From positions 1 through 64,000 of the forward strand of contig CAVUHW010000014.1 of NCBI GenBank assembly GCA_963741205.1: a stretch of DNA of 64,000 nt. Reading direction: 5' to 3'. This document shows, piece after piece, positions 43,558 through 55,111 of this stretch (its first letter is position 1; every line of letters begins with the position of its first letter). The notes under the pieces were generated by a model. It had not been told where the DNA came from and did not search any database. It saw nothing but the letters and a program-made list of their open reading frames with translations. The position numbers were made by a program, and so were the translations under genes. The stretch comes from Nitrospirota bacterium (GTDB lineage: Bacteria; Nitrospirota; UBA9217).

Positions 43558-44221
43558 TTCTACCCCCCGCACAAAGGATATTGGCATGGCGCATGCGATG
43601 ATTATGTCAATTTTTTAGCGTATTATCATCCTGAAAAAACAACCTTACTTGGCTGAACACAACGTTCCCACCGGTTCCCCTGTCTATCGTTTGATCACAA
43701 ATCCGTCGGCGGCGTGCCCTGCTATCAGATCCTGCCAAGGGGCCCGGAAATACACGAAGATGATTTGTTGGTCAATGTGCACGCTGGGAGTTTATGATAC
43801 CATAATCAGAAAAAATTGGATAACACTTATCCGTTGAGGGTATTCGATGAATGATTAGCAATAGCTAAACTTCTCCATGGAGCTGATAGTTTAAACGAGA
43901 TCGCTAGGCGAGAACTTCAGGATGCAGGGCGCGCAAAACATTTCTCAAAGAAGTTTGCGCCAATCGTTTGTGAATTCTTCTATTTCTAAAAAGCTAAAAT
44001 GACAATCAGTCAGTGGCCGCGTAGGAACGATTTCAGACTTCATTGTTCAAGCGTTATCTATCACTTTTTCACAGACACTGTCAATCTTGTTGTAGTAGAC
44101 ATGGAATGTCTACGGCGAAAAGGAAGGGGCAGGACTGCTACCCTGAAGTGGTGGGTAGTGGCCCCTATTCTGTGCGCAGGAGATTGCGCATCCTATTATC
44201 CCCCTTATCCTATCGTTATAT

Positions 44222-44545
44222 TCAATGGATTTTCATGACACAATTTTTTGTGCCGAACTCATTATCCACGCATTCCGTCGCAGGGGTGTATTGGTCCCAT
44301 TCACCATCCACAAAATACTTGTACTCGTGCCTTCCGGGAGCAATGCTGGTCTTAATTCTCCAGACCCCATGGTCATCTTTTATCATAGGCATAGCTTTCG
44401 TGTCCCAGTTGTTGAACGTGCCCGCGATAAAGACTTTCTGTGCCCTCGGAGCATAGAGCGTTAATTCCACTTCGCGCTTTTCGCCTGCGCTGCTTTGCTC
44501 GTTTATGACTTCTTTTTTGTTCTTGACCGACTCTCCTGCTGCCAT
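44222..44545 (-). CDS. CBM48/AMPK-beta-like glycogen-binding domain protein
   Basis: AQKVFIAGTFNNW, GRHEYKYFVDGEW, NEFGTKN; GGAGG RBS. Confidence 0.85.
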   Translation of the reverse strand: MAAGESVKNKKEVINEQSSAGEKREVELTLYAPRAQKVFIAGTFNNWDTKAMPMIKDDHGVWRIKTSIAPGRHEYKYFVDGEWDQYTPATECVDNEFGTKNCVMKIH

Positions 44546-44726
44546 TTTGGACCTCCCGGACAACCAAATTTTGTATTGTTTTAAGTGTATTGGACAAATC
44601 AGTGGGTGTCAATACGACTAATGTATTGGGGGGGCAAGGTTTAGTTGATTCGATTTCTAATGCGATGTTCGTCATGTTCTTCTCCAGGGGCTTGTTTAGA
44701 CCATATCGTTTTCGTTATTGAATAAC

Positions 44727-45722
44727 TCAACTGAATCCAAGCACCGGATGTGGCATATAAGGCTCCTCGAGAGAGGCAATTTCCTCGGGCTTTAAACGTA
44801 GTGCGAGCGCCGCAACGGCGTCCTGGAGATGATGGGGTTTGGTTGCGCCCACAATGGGAGCGGTCACCGGCTTGCTCAGGAGCCAGGCGAGAGCAAGCTG
44901 CGCGCGGGGAATGCCGCGCTGCTCCGCGACCCGGCCCAGTCGGTCCACAACCGTACGGTCGGCTTCTTCAGTACGCGAGTACAGGCTCTTCCCGAACTGG
45001 TCCGTTTCGTAGCGTTTGGTGGGTTCGGCCTGCCACGGACGGGCCAGGCGGCCGCGTGCGAGAGGGCTCCAGGGAATAACGCCAATACCCTCGGACTGAC
45101 AGAGAGGAATCATCTCGCGCTCCTCTTCGCGGTAAAGCAGGTTGTAATGATTCTGCATGGAGACAAAACGGGGCCAGCCGTGAAGGTCGGCGAGATAGAG
45201 GGCCTTCGTGAATTGCCATGCGTGCATGGAGGAGGCGCCGATATAACGCACCTTGCCGGATTTCACCACGTCGTGCAGGGCATCGAGGGTTTCTTCGATC
45301 GGCGTTTCGTAATCCCAGCGGTGAATCTGGTAGAGGTCGATATAGTCGGTCTGCAGGCGGCGGAGGCTCTGGTCGAGTTCGTACAAGATGGCTTTGCGCG
45401 AGAGGCCCCGGCCGTTGGGTTCGTCGCGCATGACGCCGTGGACCTTGGTGGCGATGACGACGGCTTCGCGGCGGATGTTGGCTTTCAGAAACCGCCCGAG
45501 TACCTCTTCGCTGGCCCCGCCCGAGTAGACATTCGCCGTGTCGAAGAAGTTGATCCCGAGATCAAGCGCCTGGCGAAAGAAGGGTTCGCTCTCTCTTTCA
45601 TTCAGGGTCCAGGCATGCCTGCCGGGTTTCAGTTCGCCGCTGGCAGGCTCTCCATAGCTCATGCAGCCGAGACAAATACGGGAAACTTTGAGCCCGGTCT
45701 TGCCAAGATTTACGAAGATCAT
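44727..45722 (-). CDS. Aldo/keto reductase
   Basis: VSRICLGCM, FFDTANVY, VIATK, YIDLYQIH, WSPLARG. Confidence 0.93.
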   Translation of the reverse strand: MIFVNLGKTGLKVSRICLGCMSYGEPASGELKPGRHAWTLNERESEPFFRQALDLGINFFDTANVYSGGASEEVLGRFLKANIRREAVVIATKVHGVMRDEPNGRGLSRKAILYELDQSLRRLQTDYIDLYQIHRWDYETPIEETLDALHDVVKSGKVRYIGASSMHAWQFTKALYLADLHGWPRFVSMQNHYNLLYREEEREMIPLCQSEGIGVIPWSPLARGRLARPWQAEPTKRYETDQFGKSLYSRTEEADRTVVDRLGRVAEQRGIPRAQLALAWLLSKPVTAPIVGATKPHHLQDAVAALALRLKPEEIASLEEPYMPHPVLGFS

Positions 45723-45808
45723 TGTTCCTCCCGCGAGGCTTAAGATTCAAGCCAATATGATTTCAAACAATCTGGTAATCCGATTTCCACACGCACTTTT
45801 AATTATTT

Positions 45809-47181
45809 GGATCAAGTACATTTTGAGTGGGTAAAAATGAGAAGCAAAACTCATAGAACCCGCTCTGGTTAAGTGTTTTGTTCTTGTCTTTGCTCGGGAA
45901 AACGTGCTATGAATCGTGCATGAGAAAGAAGGCACTCAGCGATTCATACCGTTTCCCTGGTTTTACTCCGCAGCGCACCGTTGTTGGCATCTTCGGTGAT
46001 TCCTACGCTCGAGTGATACGGCTCACTCGGCGGGGGAAAAAACAGTTTGTGGCGTCTGCAGCACGGTTCACCGGACCTTTTACGATCATAAGATCAAGCG
46101 GGTCCGTGATCTTTCCTCTGGCGATGCCCGCATCTACCTGGAACTGCCAGTACGACGAGTCCAGTGCCGGAGGTGCGGCAAGGTGAAACAGGAGAAACTG
46201 TCGTTTCTGGCAGACAGCCCGTTCTATACCAAGCGCTTTGCCTTCTATATTGGCAAGCGGTGCAGCACCTCAACGATCAAGGATGTTGCCAAAGAGTTTC
46301 ACCTTGACCGAAGGGCCGTCAAAGAACTCGAAATGCAGTACATGCGGGAGAAACTTCGTCGTGCCGGCAACCCCGGGCCAAAGGTTATCGGTATTGACGA
46401 GATCTCGATCCGCAAGGGCCATACCTACCGGATCGTGGTCAGCGATCTGGAGAGGCGTCGGCCCATCTGGTTCGGAGGAGAAGACCGCTCGGAAGAAAGC
46501 CTAAACCGCTTCTTCGAGTGGCTCGGAGCCGCAAAAAGGCCAGGAAAATACGGCTTGCGGTCATGGACATGTGGAAGCCGTTTGAAAAGTCCACACGCCA
46601 GAAAGCTCCACAGGCGGCCATCCTCTACGATAAGTTCCATGTCATAAGGCACCTGAACGAAGCCTTGGACAAAATTAGAAAGAGCGAATACGCCAGACTG
46701 ACCGGCAAAAATCGTAAGTTCATCAAGGGTCAGAAATATACGCTTCTCTCCCATCGCGAGAACCTTACTACGGATGGGAGAAGATCGTTAAAAACGCTTT
46801 TGGCCGCTAACAAGCGGCTTAATACTGCCTACATCCTCAAGGAGGAGTTTGGGCAGCTCTGGGACTATCAGTCGGAAGCCTGGGCCAGAAAGTTCTTCGA
46901 CAACTGGAAGGCTTCGTTAAAATGGCAACGTCTCAAGCCCTATGAAAAGTTCGCCAAGATGGTCGAACGTCATTGGGACGGCATCGCCGCCTTCTGCAAA
47001 CCCGAGAACAAAGTCGCGCTCGGCTTTGTCGAAGGCCTGAACAACAAGATCAGGGTCATTCAGCGTCGTGCCTATGGTCTTCGAGATGAAGAATATCTTC
47101 GTCTCAAGGTGTTGACCTGTATGCTTCCTGAAATCTGATTAAAAACGGCTCAAAATTACCCACTCAGTTTGCACTTGATCC
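45809..47181 (+). mobile_element. ISL3-family insertion sequence (transposase ~45920-47138, split frames)
   Basis: TIRs GGATCAAGTACATTTTGAGTGGGTAA / TTACCCACTCAGTTTGCACTTGATCC; flanks AATTATTT/AATTATAT; GIDE, MDMW, DKFHV, EGLNNKI. Confidence 0.92.
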
Positions 47182-47666
47182 AATTATATTAAGCATAACA
47201 CATTTACATGTCTTGGAATTAAGTTGCAAAGTCAAGGGCAGAGAATACGGTATTTATAAGGGCGTTTTTTTCCATACTGATTGTACTTTGCGAGTTGGGT
47301 AAATAAGAATTCAACCGCTTCAGGATAAGCGCGCTCCAAAGGTACAGAAACAGCATTTGATTTTTCCGAATGATTATTTTTGATCCGCGACGCCTACAAG
47401 CTTATACCGTGTCGATTAGGCACCGAACAATGCCTGCTACCGTCACATGTCGATGATAATCGGGCGCTAACAATATTTATTCCATACAAATATATGACTG
47501 ATGCTTACCGATGTCAACGATGTCGATTGGGTATGTACGGATCGGGTAGTTACAGTATTCACAGAATGAGAATGTTTGATACAGGAAGATATATTTGAAT
47601 ATGCCGGAGTGTCGTGAAGAACGTTCTATTTCCATGCTTCCCTTATTCGTTCCGGGGCAACGCAAA

Positions 47667-48659
47667 TCAGCGCTCAATAGTCACAATTCCGATCTTGTTC
47701 AAGCCGCTGCATGCGATGTAAACTTCTCCATCCGAAGTTGCCGCCATGTTGCGGATTACTCCGCCTCCTGAGGGGACATTCCATGCGGAAAACTCTTTCG
47801 TACGCGGGTCGAAATGGACGACCCTGTTCGGCTGAACTTCTGTTTCGCTGTACCAGACCATCCCGTCCGGAGTTATCGTAATGCCGTACGGCCCGGAACC
47901 CCGGCCTCCGGGCGAAGGTCGCTCCTCAACCTTGCCGGTCTTCGGATCCAGCCTTCCGAGATATCCGCGTCCATAATCCGAATAATAGATCACATCATCG
48001 TGGGCAATAGCAAGTCGTCGAGGCTTGGCTCCCTTAGGCAGAGAGTATTCGGTGATCTTCATCGTCGCCGGGTCGATGCTCCCGATTTTGTTCGTTCCGA
48101 ATTCACAGAAGAACGGGACTCCTTTTGAGTTCACGGCAATGCCGTAGGGCCTCGAACTACGAGTAGGTGATGGCTTCAAGGTGATGATGCCGGTCTTTGG
48201 ATCGAGTCTTCCGACAAAGTTGCTCACCTGCATGGTAAACCAGAGAATACCTGTTTCGTCGAAGGCCAACGAATGCGGGTCCCGGGCCGCTTTGTCGGGC
48301 ATGAAATATTCCTTCACCTCGCCCGTCTGCGGATTCAGCCTGCCGATGTAGCCCCTGGCGTTCGCGGTGAACCAGATGTCTCCATTCTTGTCCGCTGCGA
48401 GACCGTGGGGACCTGAACCTGGAACCTTCAAATGGTACTCTTTGATTGTTCCTGTCTTTCGGTCCAGCCTTCCCAGAACGTTGGCAAACATGCCGGTGTA
48501 CCACAGCGCTCCATCCAGCCCCACGGCGGGGTCATGGGGAAATGAGTTCGGTGTCGGTACATCCCATTCTTTTATTGACACCCTGCCGATGCCTGCGACG
48601 GATATCGAACATAAGGAAGCAACAACAAGTGCTGCTACTATGTATCTGCTTTTTTTCAT
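47667..48659 (-). CDS. Secreted Vgb (virginiamycin B lyase)-like beta-propeller protein
   Basis: Signal peptide; repeated PH/PY-G...DG.(L/V)W(Y/F)T...GRLDPKTG blades. Confidence 0.85.
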   Translation of the reverse strand: MKKSRYIVAALVVASLCSISVAGIGRVSIKEWDVPTPNSFPHDPAVGLDGALWYTGMFANVLGRLDRKTGTIKEYHLKVPGSGPHGLAADKNGDIWFTANARGYIGRLNPQTGEVKEYFMPDKAARDPHSLAFDETGILWFTMQVSNFVGRLDPKTGIITLKPSPTRSSRPYGIAVNSKGVPFFCEFGTNKIGSIDPATMKITEYSLPKGAKPRRLAIAHDDVIYYSDYGRGYLGRLDPKTGKVEERPSPGGRGSGPYGITITPDGMVWYSETEVQPNRVVHFDPRTKEFSAWNVPSGGGVIRNMAATSDGEVYIACSGLNKIGIVTIER

Positions 48660-48852
48660 ACTAAACCGTCTTTATAATTTTATTATATACAAACTCCTGG
48701 ACGTATTATTGGTTGTTGCGAAGAATGGGTTGCAATTAATGGAAACTTCAGCCAGGAATGTTGACTAAGGGGAATATATAGGCGCTCTCGGGACCAAGTA
48801 ATGCCCCATTTTCGCCCCCAAGTCTTATTTATGGAACTATAATAGAAATGGC

Positions 48853-48887
48853 AAAAGCCCGTGAATAACGCTATTCACGGGCTTTTT
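48853..48887 (-). terminator. Terminator downstream of tRNA-Pro
   Basis: aaaagcccgtgaata-acgc-tattcacgggcttttt. Confidence 0.8.
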
Positions 48888-48891
48888 ATAA

Positions 48892-48968
48892 TGGTCGGGG
48901 CGAGCCGATTTGAACGGCCGACCACTCGCACCCCAAGCGAGTACGCTACCAGGCTGCGCCACGCCCCG
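48892..48968 (-). tRNA. tRNA-Pro(GGG)
   Basis: CGGGGCGTGGCGCAGCCTGGTAGCG...CTCGC-TTGGGGT-GCGAG...GTTCAAATC...CGCCCCGACCA, 77 nt. Confidence 0.96.
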
Positions 48969-48983
48969 ATATAGCTGTTGATC

Positions 48984-49316
48984 TTATTTGAGTATTTCCA
49001 GAATCTCTCTCAGTTCACTCTTCGCAGACTCAATCACAGACAAGGTGTTGTCCTGCTCATCTTTCCCGTTCAGTTTCTTTCGGGCCCCGGCAATAGTAAA
49101 GCCATCTTTATACAGGAGCTGTTTAACCAGGAGGATATTGTCCAAGTCCTTTTTTGAATAAAGCCGCTGCCCCGATTTGGCCTTGACCGGCTTAATCTGC
49201 GGAAATTCCGTCTCCCAGTAGCGAAGCACGTATTGCTCAAGTCCGGTAAGCCGGCTCACTTCGCCGATCCGGTAAAACAGTTTACTCGGCTGTTGCTGTT
49301 GGGGTTTCGATGACAT
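48984..49316 (-). CDS. MerR-family regulator (ihfA-associated)
   Basis: [36 protein letters not shown]. Confidence 0.92.
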   Translation of the reverse strand: MSSKPQQQQPSKLFYRIGEVSRLTGLEQYVLRYWETEFPQIKPVKAKSGQRLYSKKDLDNILLVKQLLYKDGFTIAGARKKLNGKDEQDNTLSVIESAKSELREILEILK

Positions 49317-49578
49317 GCTCTTTAAAAATCATGCTGGGTCTGAAGCTGACGACTTTTCTCGGCGTGATTTCAATTTCCTGGCCTGTTTTCGGATTGCGGC
49401 CTTTCCTTGAATTCTTTTTCCGGACCACAAAGTTTCCGAAACCGGAAAGCTTCACGGTCTCACCGTCTTTCAAGGTCTGCTTAACCAAATCCAGAATCAT
49501 CTCGACCATCTCTTCTGCGTCTTGTTTCGGCAAGCCGACCTTGTCAAAAACCTCGGAGATGATGTCCGCCTTCGTCAT
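49282..49578 (-). CDS. ihfA: Integration host factor alpha
   Basis: [29 protein letters not shown]. Confidence 0.93.
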   Translation of the reverse strand: MTKADIISEVFDKVGLPKQDAEEMVEMILDLVKQTLKDGETVKLSGFGNFVVRKKNSRKGRNPKTGQEIEITPRKVVSFRPSMIFKEHVIETPTATAE

Positions 49579-49729
49579 AGCACCCTCCTCATACGGTGCA
49601 TAATATAGATTATAAGCGCTTCAAAGTCAAGGTAAAATTGCGATAAGCTTCTGAAATTCACTGCTTTCTTAGGGCTCCTCCCGAGCCCCTCCCGTGGTAA
49701 TGACCAGGATACTATCCGAGACATAAAAT

Positions 49730-49745
49730 TATGATCTGAATCATA
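49730..49745. promoter_or_regulatory. Crp/Fnr-like palindrome
   Basis: TATGAT-CTGA-ATCATA perfect inverted repeat ~205 bp upstream of the octaheme gene. Confidence 0.45.
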
Positions 49746-49950
49746 CAGAATGTCAGGGGAACATATTAGACTCCCGGCGTGATTTTTTCTGAAAACATAT
49801 TGATAAGATAAACACTGTAAATTTTTTGTGCTACACTAGAAAGCGATGTCTGCGTTTAGTGATGACTCTGTATGAGTCATGCACCGGACTGCAACAAAAA
49901 GGATGACCAGTAAGAACAGCTGTTATACATTCTACAATAAGGAGGATATT

Positions 49951-51300
49951 ATGGAACGCAGCAAACAGCTTTGGGCATTACTCGCAGTGCTCGGTATCGG
50001 CATCATCTTGTATGCGCCACTGGCAGAGGCCGCGAAGGCAAAGGGGCCGATTTCCAAGGAGGCCAAGCAATGCATCGCCTGCCATGAGGCGCAGTCTCCG
50101 TCGTTCGTTCAGGAGTGGCGTCTGAGCAAACATGCGGAGAAGGGCGTCGACTGCTTTACCTGTCATAAGGCTGAGAAGACCGATCCGGACGCGATGCAGC
50201 ATAACGGGTTTACCATCGCGGTTTTAGTGACTCCCAAGGACTGCTCGCAGTGTCATCCCAAGGAAGTGAAGGAGATGACCGAAAGCCACCACGCAAAAGC
50301 GGCAGACATCCTCAATTCCGCGGACAACTATCTCGGAGAAGTCGTCGGCGGACCCGAGGCCGTGGCCGTGGGTTGCCGGCAGTGCCACGGGTCGAATGTG
50401 AAGGTCCTGGCGAACGGCAAACTCGACACGGACAGCTGGCCCAATACCGGTATCGGCCGCATCAATCCGGACGGCTCCAAGGGTTCCTGCTCAGCCTGCC
50501 ATACGCGTCACAGCTTCTCGAAGGCGCAGGCGCGTGAACCCCAGACATGCGGCAAATGCCACCTGGGACCCGACCATCCGCAGATGGAGGTCTACCAGGA
50601 ATCCAAGCACGGAATCCTCTACGAGGCATTCAAGGACCGCATGAACATGCACAAGGACAAGTGGGTCGTGGGCAAGGACTATACCGCGGCGCCGACCTGC
50701 TCAACCTGCCACATCAGCGCCACGCCGAACCAGCCGGTGACGCACGACGTCGGCACGCGCATCAGCTGGACGCTCCGGCCGCCGATTTCCAAGAAAATGG
50801 AAAATGCGGACAAGCGGCGCGACAGCATGAAGGATGTCTGCGCAAGCTGCCATTCGGAGCCTTTCATAACGGGCTTCTACAAGCAGTTCGACAACCTCGT
50901 CAACATGTATGACGATAAATTCGCGAAGCCGGCAACGGCGATCAGACAGGAACTGATGGACAAGGGCAAGATTACCAAAGCGAACTTCGACGACAAACTG
51001 GACTGGATTTACTGGGAACTCTGGCACCATGAAGGCCGCCGGGCGCGCCACGGGGCGGCCATGTCCGGCCCTGATTATGCCTGGTGGCACGGCATTTACG
51101 ACGTAGCTAAAAACTTCTACACCGAGTTTCTACCCGAAGTGAAGCGGGTTGCGGGACCGGAGCTGTACAGTGAGATCGAAAAGAAATACCTCGAATCCGA
51201 TGTGCGGCATGAGTGGTACATCAAGGGAATGACCAAGGAGCAGCTCGATAAGATCCAGAAGTTCTACAATGAGCGGTACGGCGGGAGCACGGCAAAGTAG
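49951..51300 (+). CDS. Octaheme cytochrome c, hydroxylamine oxidoreductase family
   Basis: AAGGAGG RBS, signal peptide, 8 CxxCH, CGKCHLGPDHPQ, WHHEGRRARHG, PDYAWWHG. Confidence 0.85.
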   Translation: MERSKQLWALLAVLGIGIILYAPLAEAAKAKGPISKEAKQCIACHEAQSPSFVQEWRLSKHAEKGVDCFTCHKAEKTDPDAMQHNGFTIAVLVTPKDCSQCHPKEVKEMTESHHAKAADILNSADNYLGEVVGGPEAVAVGCRQCHGSNVKVLANGKLDTDSWPNTGIGRINPDGSKGSCSACHTRHSFSKAQAREPQTCGKCHLGPDHPQMEVYQESKHGILYEAFKDRMNMHKDKWVVGKDYTAAPTCSTCHISATPNQPVTHDVGTRISWTLRPPISKKMENADKRRDSMKDVCASCHSEPFITGFYKQFDNLVNMYDDKFAKPATAIRQELMDKGKITKANFDDKLDWIYWELWHHEGRRARHGAAMSGPDYAWWHGIYDVAKNFYTEFLPEVKRVAGPELYSEIEKKYLESDVRHEWYIKGMTKEQLDKIQKFYNERYGGSTAK

Positions 51301-51307
51301 CTCATCG

Positions 51308-51340
51308 AAAGGCGGGGCCGCAATGCCCCGCCTTTTTTTG
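51308..51340 (+). terminator. Rho-independent terminator
   Basis: aaaggcggggc-cgcaat-gccccgccttttttt. Confidence 0.85.
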
Positions 51341-51475
51341 TGCAACGGATGATCCTGAGGGTGCGGAAAAAACCACGAAACGCCGGGTTCTTTTTAACGA
51401 GGAAACACGGGCTTTCCCCGCCCTAAGAAACAATGAATTCCTTGACTTTCATCCCCCCTGTGATATTCTTTTCTC

Positions 51476-51861
51476 ATGACGGAGCAAATGACGAGCGCTG
51501 CATCTCTCTGGCCCCTCGGCGTGTATTTCGCCGCGGTCGTTCTCATGGTGGCGGGTCATGATCGCGCTTTCCTACTATGCTCGGCGAGCGGCACCGGGAA
51601 AAGCAGACAGACGAACCCTACGAGTCGGGAATCGTGTCCACGGGCACGGCGCGCGTGCGCTTCGACATCAAGTTCTATCTCATCGCCATGTTCTTCGTTA
51701 TCTTCGACCTGGAAGCGGTGTTCATCTTCGCCTGGGCCGTGTCGATCCGCGAGACCGGCTGGACCGGCTACTGCGGAAATGCTGATCTTCATCGGCGATC
51801 CTGGCGGCCGCGCTGGTATATATATGGAAACTCGGCGCGCTGGAATGGGGGCGTTCGTTAA
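51476..51861 (+). CDS. nuoA: Complex I subunit A (frameshifts)
   Basis: [22 protein letters not shown]. Confidence 0.88.
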
Positions 51862-51866
51862 AACAC

Positions 51867-51950
51867 AGTTCAGAGTCCAGTGTTCAAAGTTCGGAGTACG
51901 AAGCATTTTCATCGCTCCAGGCATTTAACTCTGAACTCTGAACGCTGATC
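51867..51950. repeat. Inverted heptamer arrays (GTTCAGA / TCTGAAC)
   Basis: agttcagagtccagtgttcaaagttcggagt ... actctgaactctgaacgctga. Confidence 0.6.
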
Positions 51951-51968
51951 TTACTCTACTCACTAACT

Positions 51969-52584
51969 ATGCACTATTCCCTCACCAAACCCGGATCACG
52001 ACTCCGTCGAAGACGCCGTCCGCAAAAGCCTGGTCCTCACCCGGCTCCAGGACATGCTTGCCTGGGGCAGGAAGAATTCCATCTGGCCCTTCAATTTCGG
52101 CCTCTCCTGCTGCTACGTCGAAATGGCCACGAGCATCACGAGCAAGTACGACATCGCCCGGTTCGGCGCCGAGGTGATGCGCGGCACGCCGCGCGAGGCG
52201 GACATGATGATCGTCGCCGGGACGGTCTTCATCAAGATGGCGCCGGTCATCAAGCGGCTCTACGAACAGATGATGGAGCCCCGCTGGGTCATCTCCATGG
52301 GCTCCTGCGCCAACTCCGGCGGCATGTACGACATCTACAGCGTGGTCCAGGGCGTGGACAAGTTCCTGCCTGTCGACGTCTACGTGCCGGGCTGCCCGCC
52401 GCGACCGGACGCCTTCATGGAAGGTCTTCTCATGCTCCGCGAGAAGGTCGGCAAGGAACGGCGGCCGCTGAGCTGGGTTGCGGGCCCGCAGAGCGTGGTG
52501 AGGCCGGAGATGCCGTGCATGCGGGACCTGAAGCGCGAAGAGCGCAGAAAGGCGACGATCCTGCGGCCGCCTGATGAAGTATAG
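51969..52584 (+). CDS. nuoB: Complex I subunit B (frameshift near 5' end)
   Basis: [27 protein letters not shown]. Confidence 0.93.
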
Positions 52585-52754
52585 CTGCGGCATAGTTTCC
52601 CGTAAAGGAGACAGACGCGGCGGGGATTTCAGGAATTTTGTCGAATAGATTTAAGCACAGATACGGTCGCATAATCTCTTTTATTTCGATTTTCCATTTT
52701 CTTTGTATTCTGCATCCTCTGCGCCCTCTGCGGTAAAAAAGATTTACATATTCT

Positions 52755-54504
52755 ATGACCCCGAACGACTCGATCATCGACGAATTAAAAAAAACCTTCG
52801 GCGAGGCAATCCTCGCTGTCCAGCCCACGCGCGACAATATCCCGACGCTCTGGGTTGCTCAGAACAGCATCCGCGATGTCCTGCGTCATCTGAAAAACGG
52901 CATCGACCGTCCGTTTAAAATGCTCTACGATCTCACGGCCATCGACGAACGTGTGCGGAGCCATCGCCCGGGCCAGCCGGAAAGCGACTTCACGGTCGTC
53001 TACCATCTCCTCTCCTACGACCGGAACGACGATATCCGGATCAAGGTGCCTCTGAAGGGCGACGCCCCGTCGCTTCCCACCGATCACCGGCATCTGGCAA
53101 TCGGCCGACTGGTACGAGCGCGAAGTCTGGGACATGTTCGGCATCAGCTTCGACGGCCATCCCCACCTCAACCGGATCTTGATGCCGCCGACCTGGCAGG
53201 GCCATCCGCTGCGCAAGGAGCACCCCGCGCGGGCGACCGAGATGGGTCCCTTCCGCCTGCCCGACGAGAAGGAGCTTGCCGAACAAACTGCGCTCCAGTT
53301 CAGGCCCGAGGACTGGGGCATGACGCGCGAGTCCGAGGACACGGACTTCATGTTCCTGAACCTCGGTCCGCAGCACCCCGGCACCCACGGCCTTATCCGC
53401 TTCATCCTCCAGCTCGACGGCGAAACGATCATGGACGCCGTGCTCGACATCGGCTACCACCACCGCGGCGCGGAGAAGATGGCCGAGCGGCAGACCTGGC
53501 ACACCTACATCCCCTACACCGACCGCGTCGACTATCTGGGCGGCGTCATGAACAACCTTGCCTACGTGCTGGCCGTGGAGAAGCTTGCGGGCATCGAGGT
53601 CCCCGACCGGGCGAAGACGATCCGCGTGATGCTGGCGGAGCTCTTCCGCATCGCCAGCCACCTCGTCTGGTACGGCACCTTTGCCCAGGACGTGGGTGCC
53701 ATCTCGCCGGTGTTCTACATGTTCACCGACCGCGAGCGCATCTTCGACATCATCGAGGCGGTCTGCGGCGGACGCATGCATCCCGAATGGTTCCGGATCG
53801 GCGGCGTGGCGCAGGACCTGCCCAAGGGCTGGGACGGCCTCGTGAGGGACTTCCTCGAGTACCTGCCGCCGCGGCTCAAGGAATACGACTCGATCGTGAT
53901 GCAGAACAGCATCTTCAAGGCGCGGACCAAGGGCGTCGGCGCCTATACGCTCGATGAGGCGATCGACTGGGGCGTGACCGGACCCGGGCTGCGGGCCTGC
54001 GGGTTCGAATGGGACTTCCGCAAGAAGCGGCCCTACTCCGGCTACGAGAACTTCGAGTTCGACATCCCCACGGCAGTCCACGGCGACTGCTACGACCGCG
54101 GCGTGGTCCGCGTCGAAGAGATGCGCCAGAGCCTGCGCATCATCGAGCAGTGCGTGGACAACATGCCCGCGGGACCGTACAAGTCCGACCATCCGCTGAC
54201 GACGCCGCCGCGCAAGGAACGCACGATGCACGACATCGAGACGCTCATCACCCATTTCCTGGGCGTGAGCTGGGGGCCGGTGATCCCGCCGGGCGAGGCG
54301 TTCATGGGCATCGAAGCGACCAAGGGGAACAACGGCTACTACCTGATCAGCGACGGCAGCACCGTATCGTACCGCACGCGCATCCGCACGCCTTCGTTCC
54401 CGCACCTGCAGATGGTGCCGCAGATTAGCCGAGGGCTGATGATCGCCGATCTGCTGGCGATCCTGGGGAGCATCGATTTCATCCTGGCGGATGTGGACAG
54501 ATAA
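52755..54504 (+). CDS. nuoCD: Fused complex I subunit C/D (frameshift near 53080)
   Basis: [44 protein letters not shown]. Confidence 0.93.
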
Positions 54505-54539
54505 TAATCCGCAGACAGGGCTGATGACGTGAGAACGCT

Positions 54540-54598
54540 GTCATCCGCGAAAGCGGAGATTCATTTAACATGGATTCCGGGTCAAGCCCGGAATGACA
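54540..54598. repeat. REP-like GTCAT...ATGAC palindromic element
   Basis: gtcatccgcgaaagcggagattca...tggattccgggtcaagcccggaatgac. Confidence 0.75.
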
Positions 54599-54616
54599 CC
54601 TTCGTCAAAATTTCAC

Positions 54617-55079
54617 ATGCTGTCAGAAAAAGAAATACAGGAAATCAACGCCGAGCTTGCCCACTGCGCGACGAAGGCTCGGCTTCCGTCGAGGCGCTGA
54701 ACATCGTCCAGCGCACCGCGGCTGGGTGTCGGACGAGGCGGTGAAGGACGCCGCGGCGCTGCTCGAGATGACGCCGACGAGCTGGATACCGTGGCCACGT
54801 TCTACAGCTTCATCTTCCGGAGGCCCGTCGGCAGGCACGTGATCCTGATCTGCGACAGCATCTAGCTGCTGGGTCATGGGATACGACCCCCTGCTGGACG
54901 TCCTGAAGACCAGGATCGGCATCGCATTCGGCGAGACGACCGCGGATAAGCGGTTCACCCTGCTGCCGATCTCGTGCCTGGGCGCCTGCGACCGCGCCCC
55001 GGCCATGATGGTGGACGAGGACTTGTACGGCCCGGTGACGCCGGAGAAGATGGACGAGATACTGGAGAAATATAAATGA
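54617..55079 (+). CDS. nuoE: Complex I subunit E (several frameshifts)
   Basis: VATFYS, GRHVILICDS, FTLLPISCLGACDRAP. Confidence 0.85.
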
Positions 55080-55111
55080 GTCAGTATTTAATTGCCATCA
55101 CGACAGGATCC

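Noticed and set aside
47667-48659. Streptogramin resistance gene vgb
   Set aside because: Has a signal peptide and only fold-level resemblance; resistance not supported.
54860-54866. In-frame TAG in nuoE as recoding
   Set aside because: Removing one base restores CDSISCW; consistent with an indel error.
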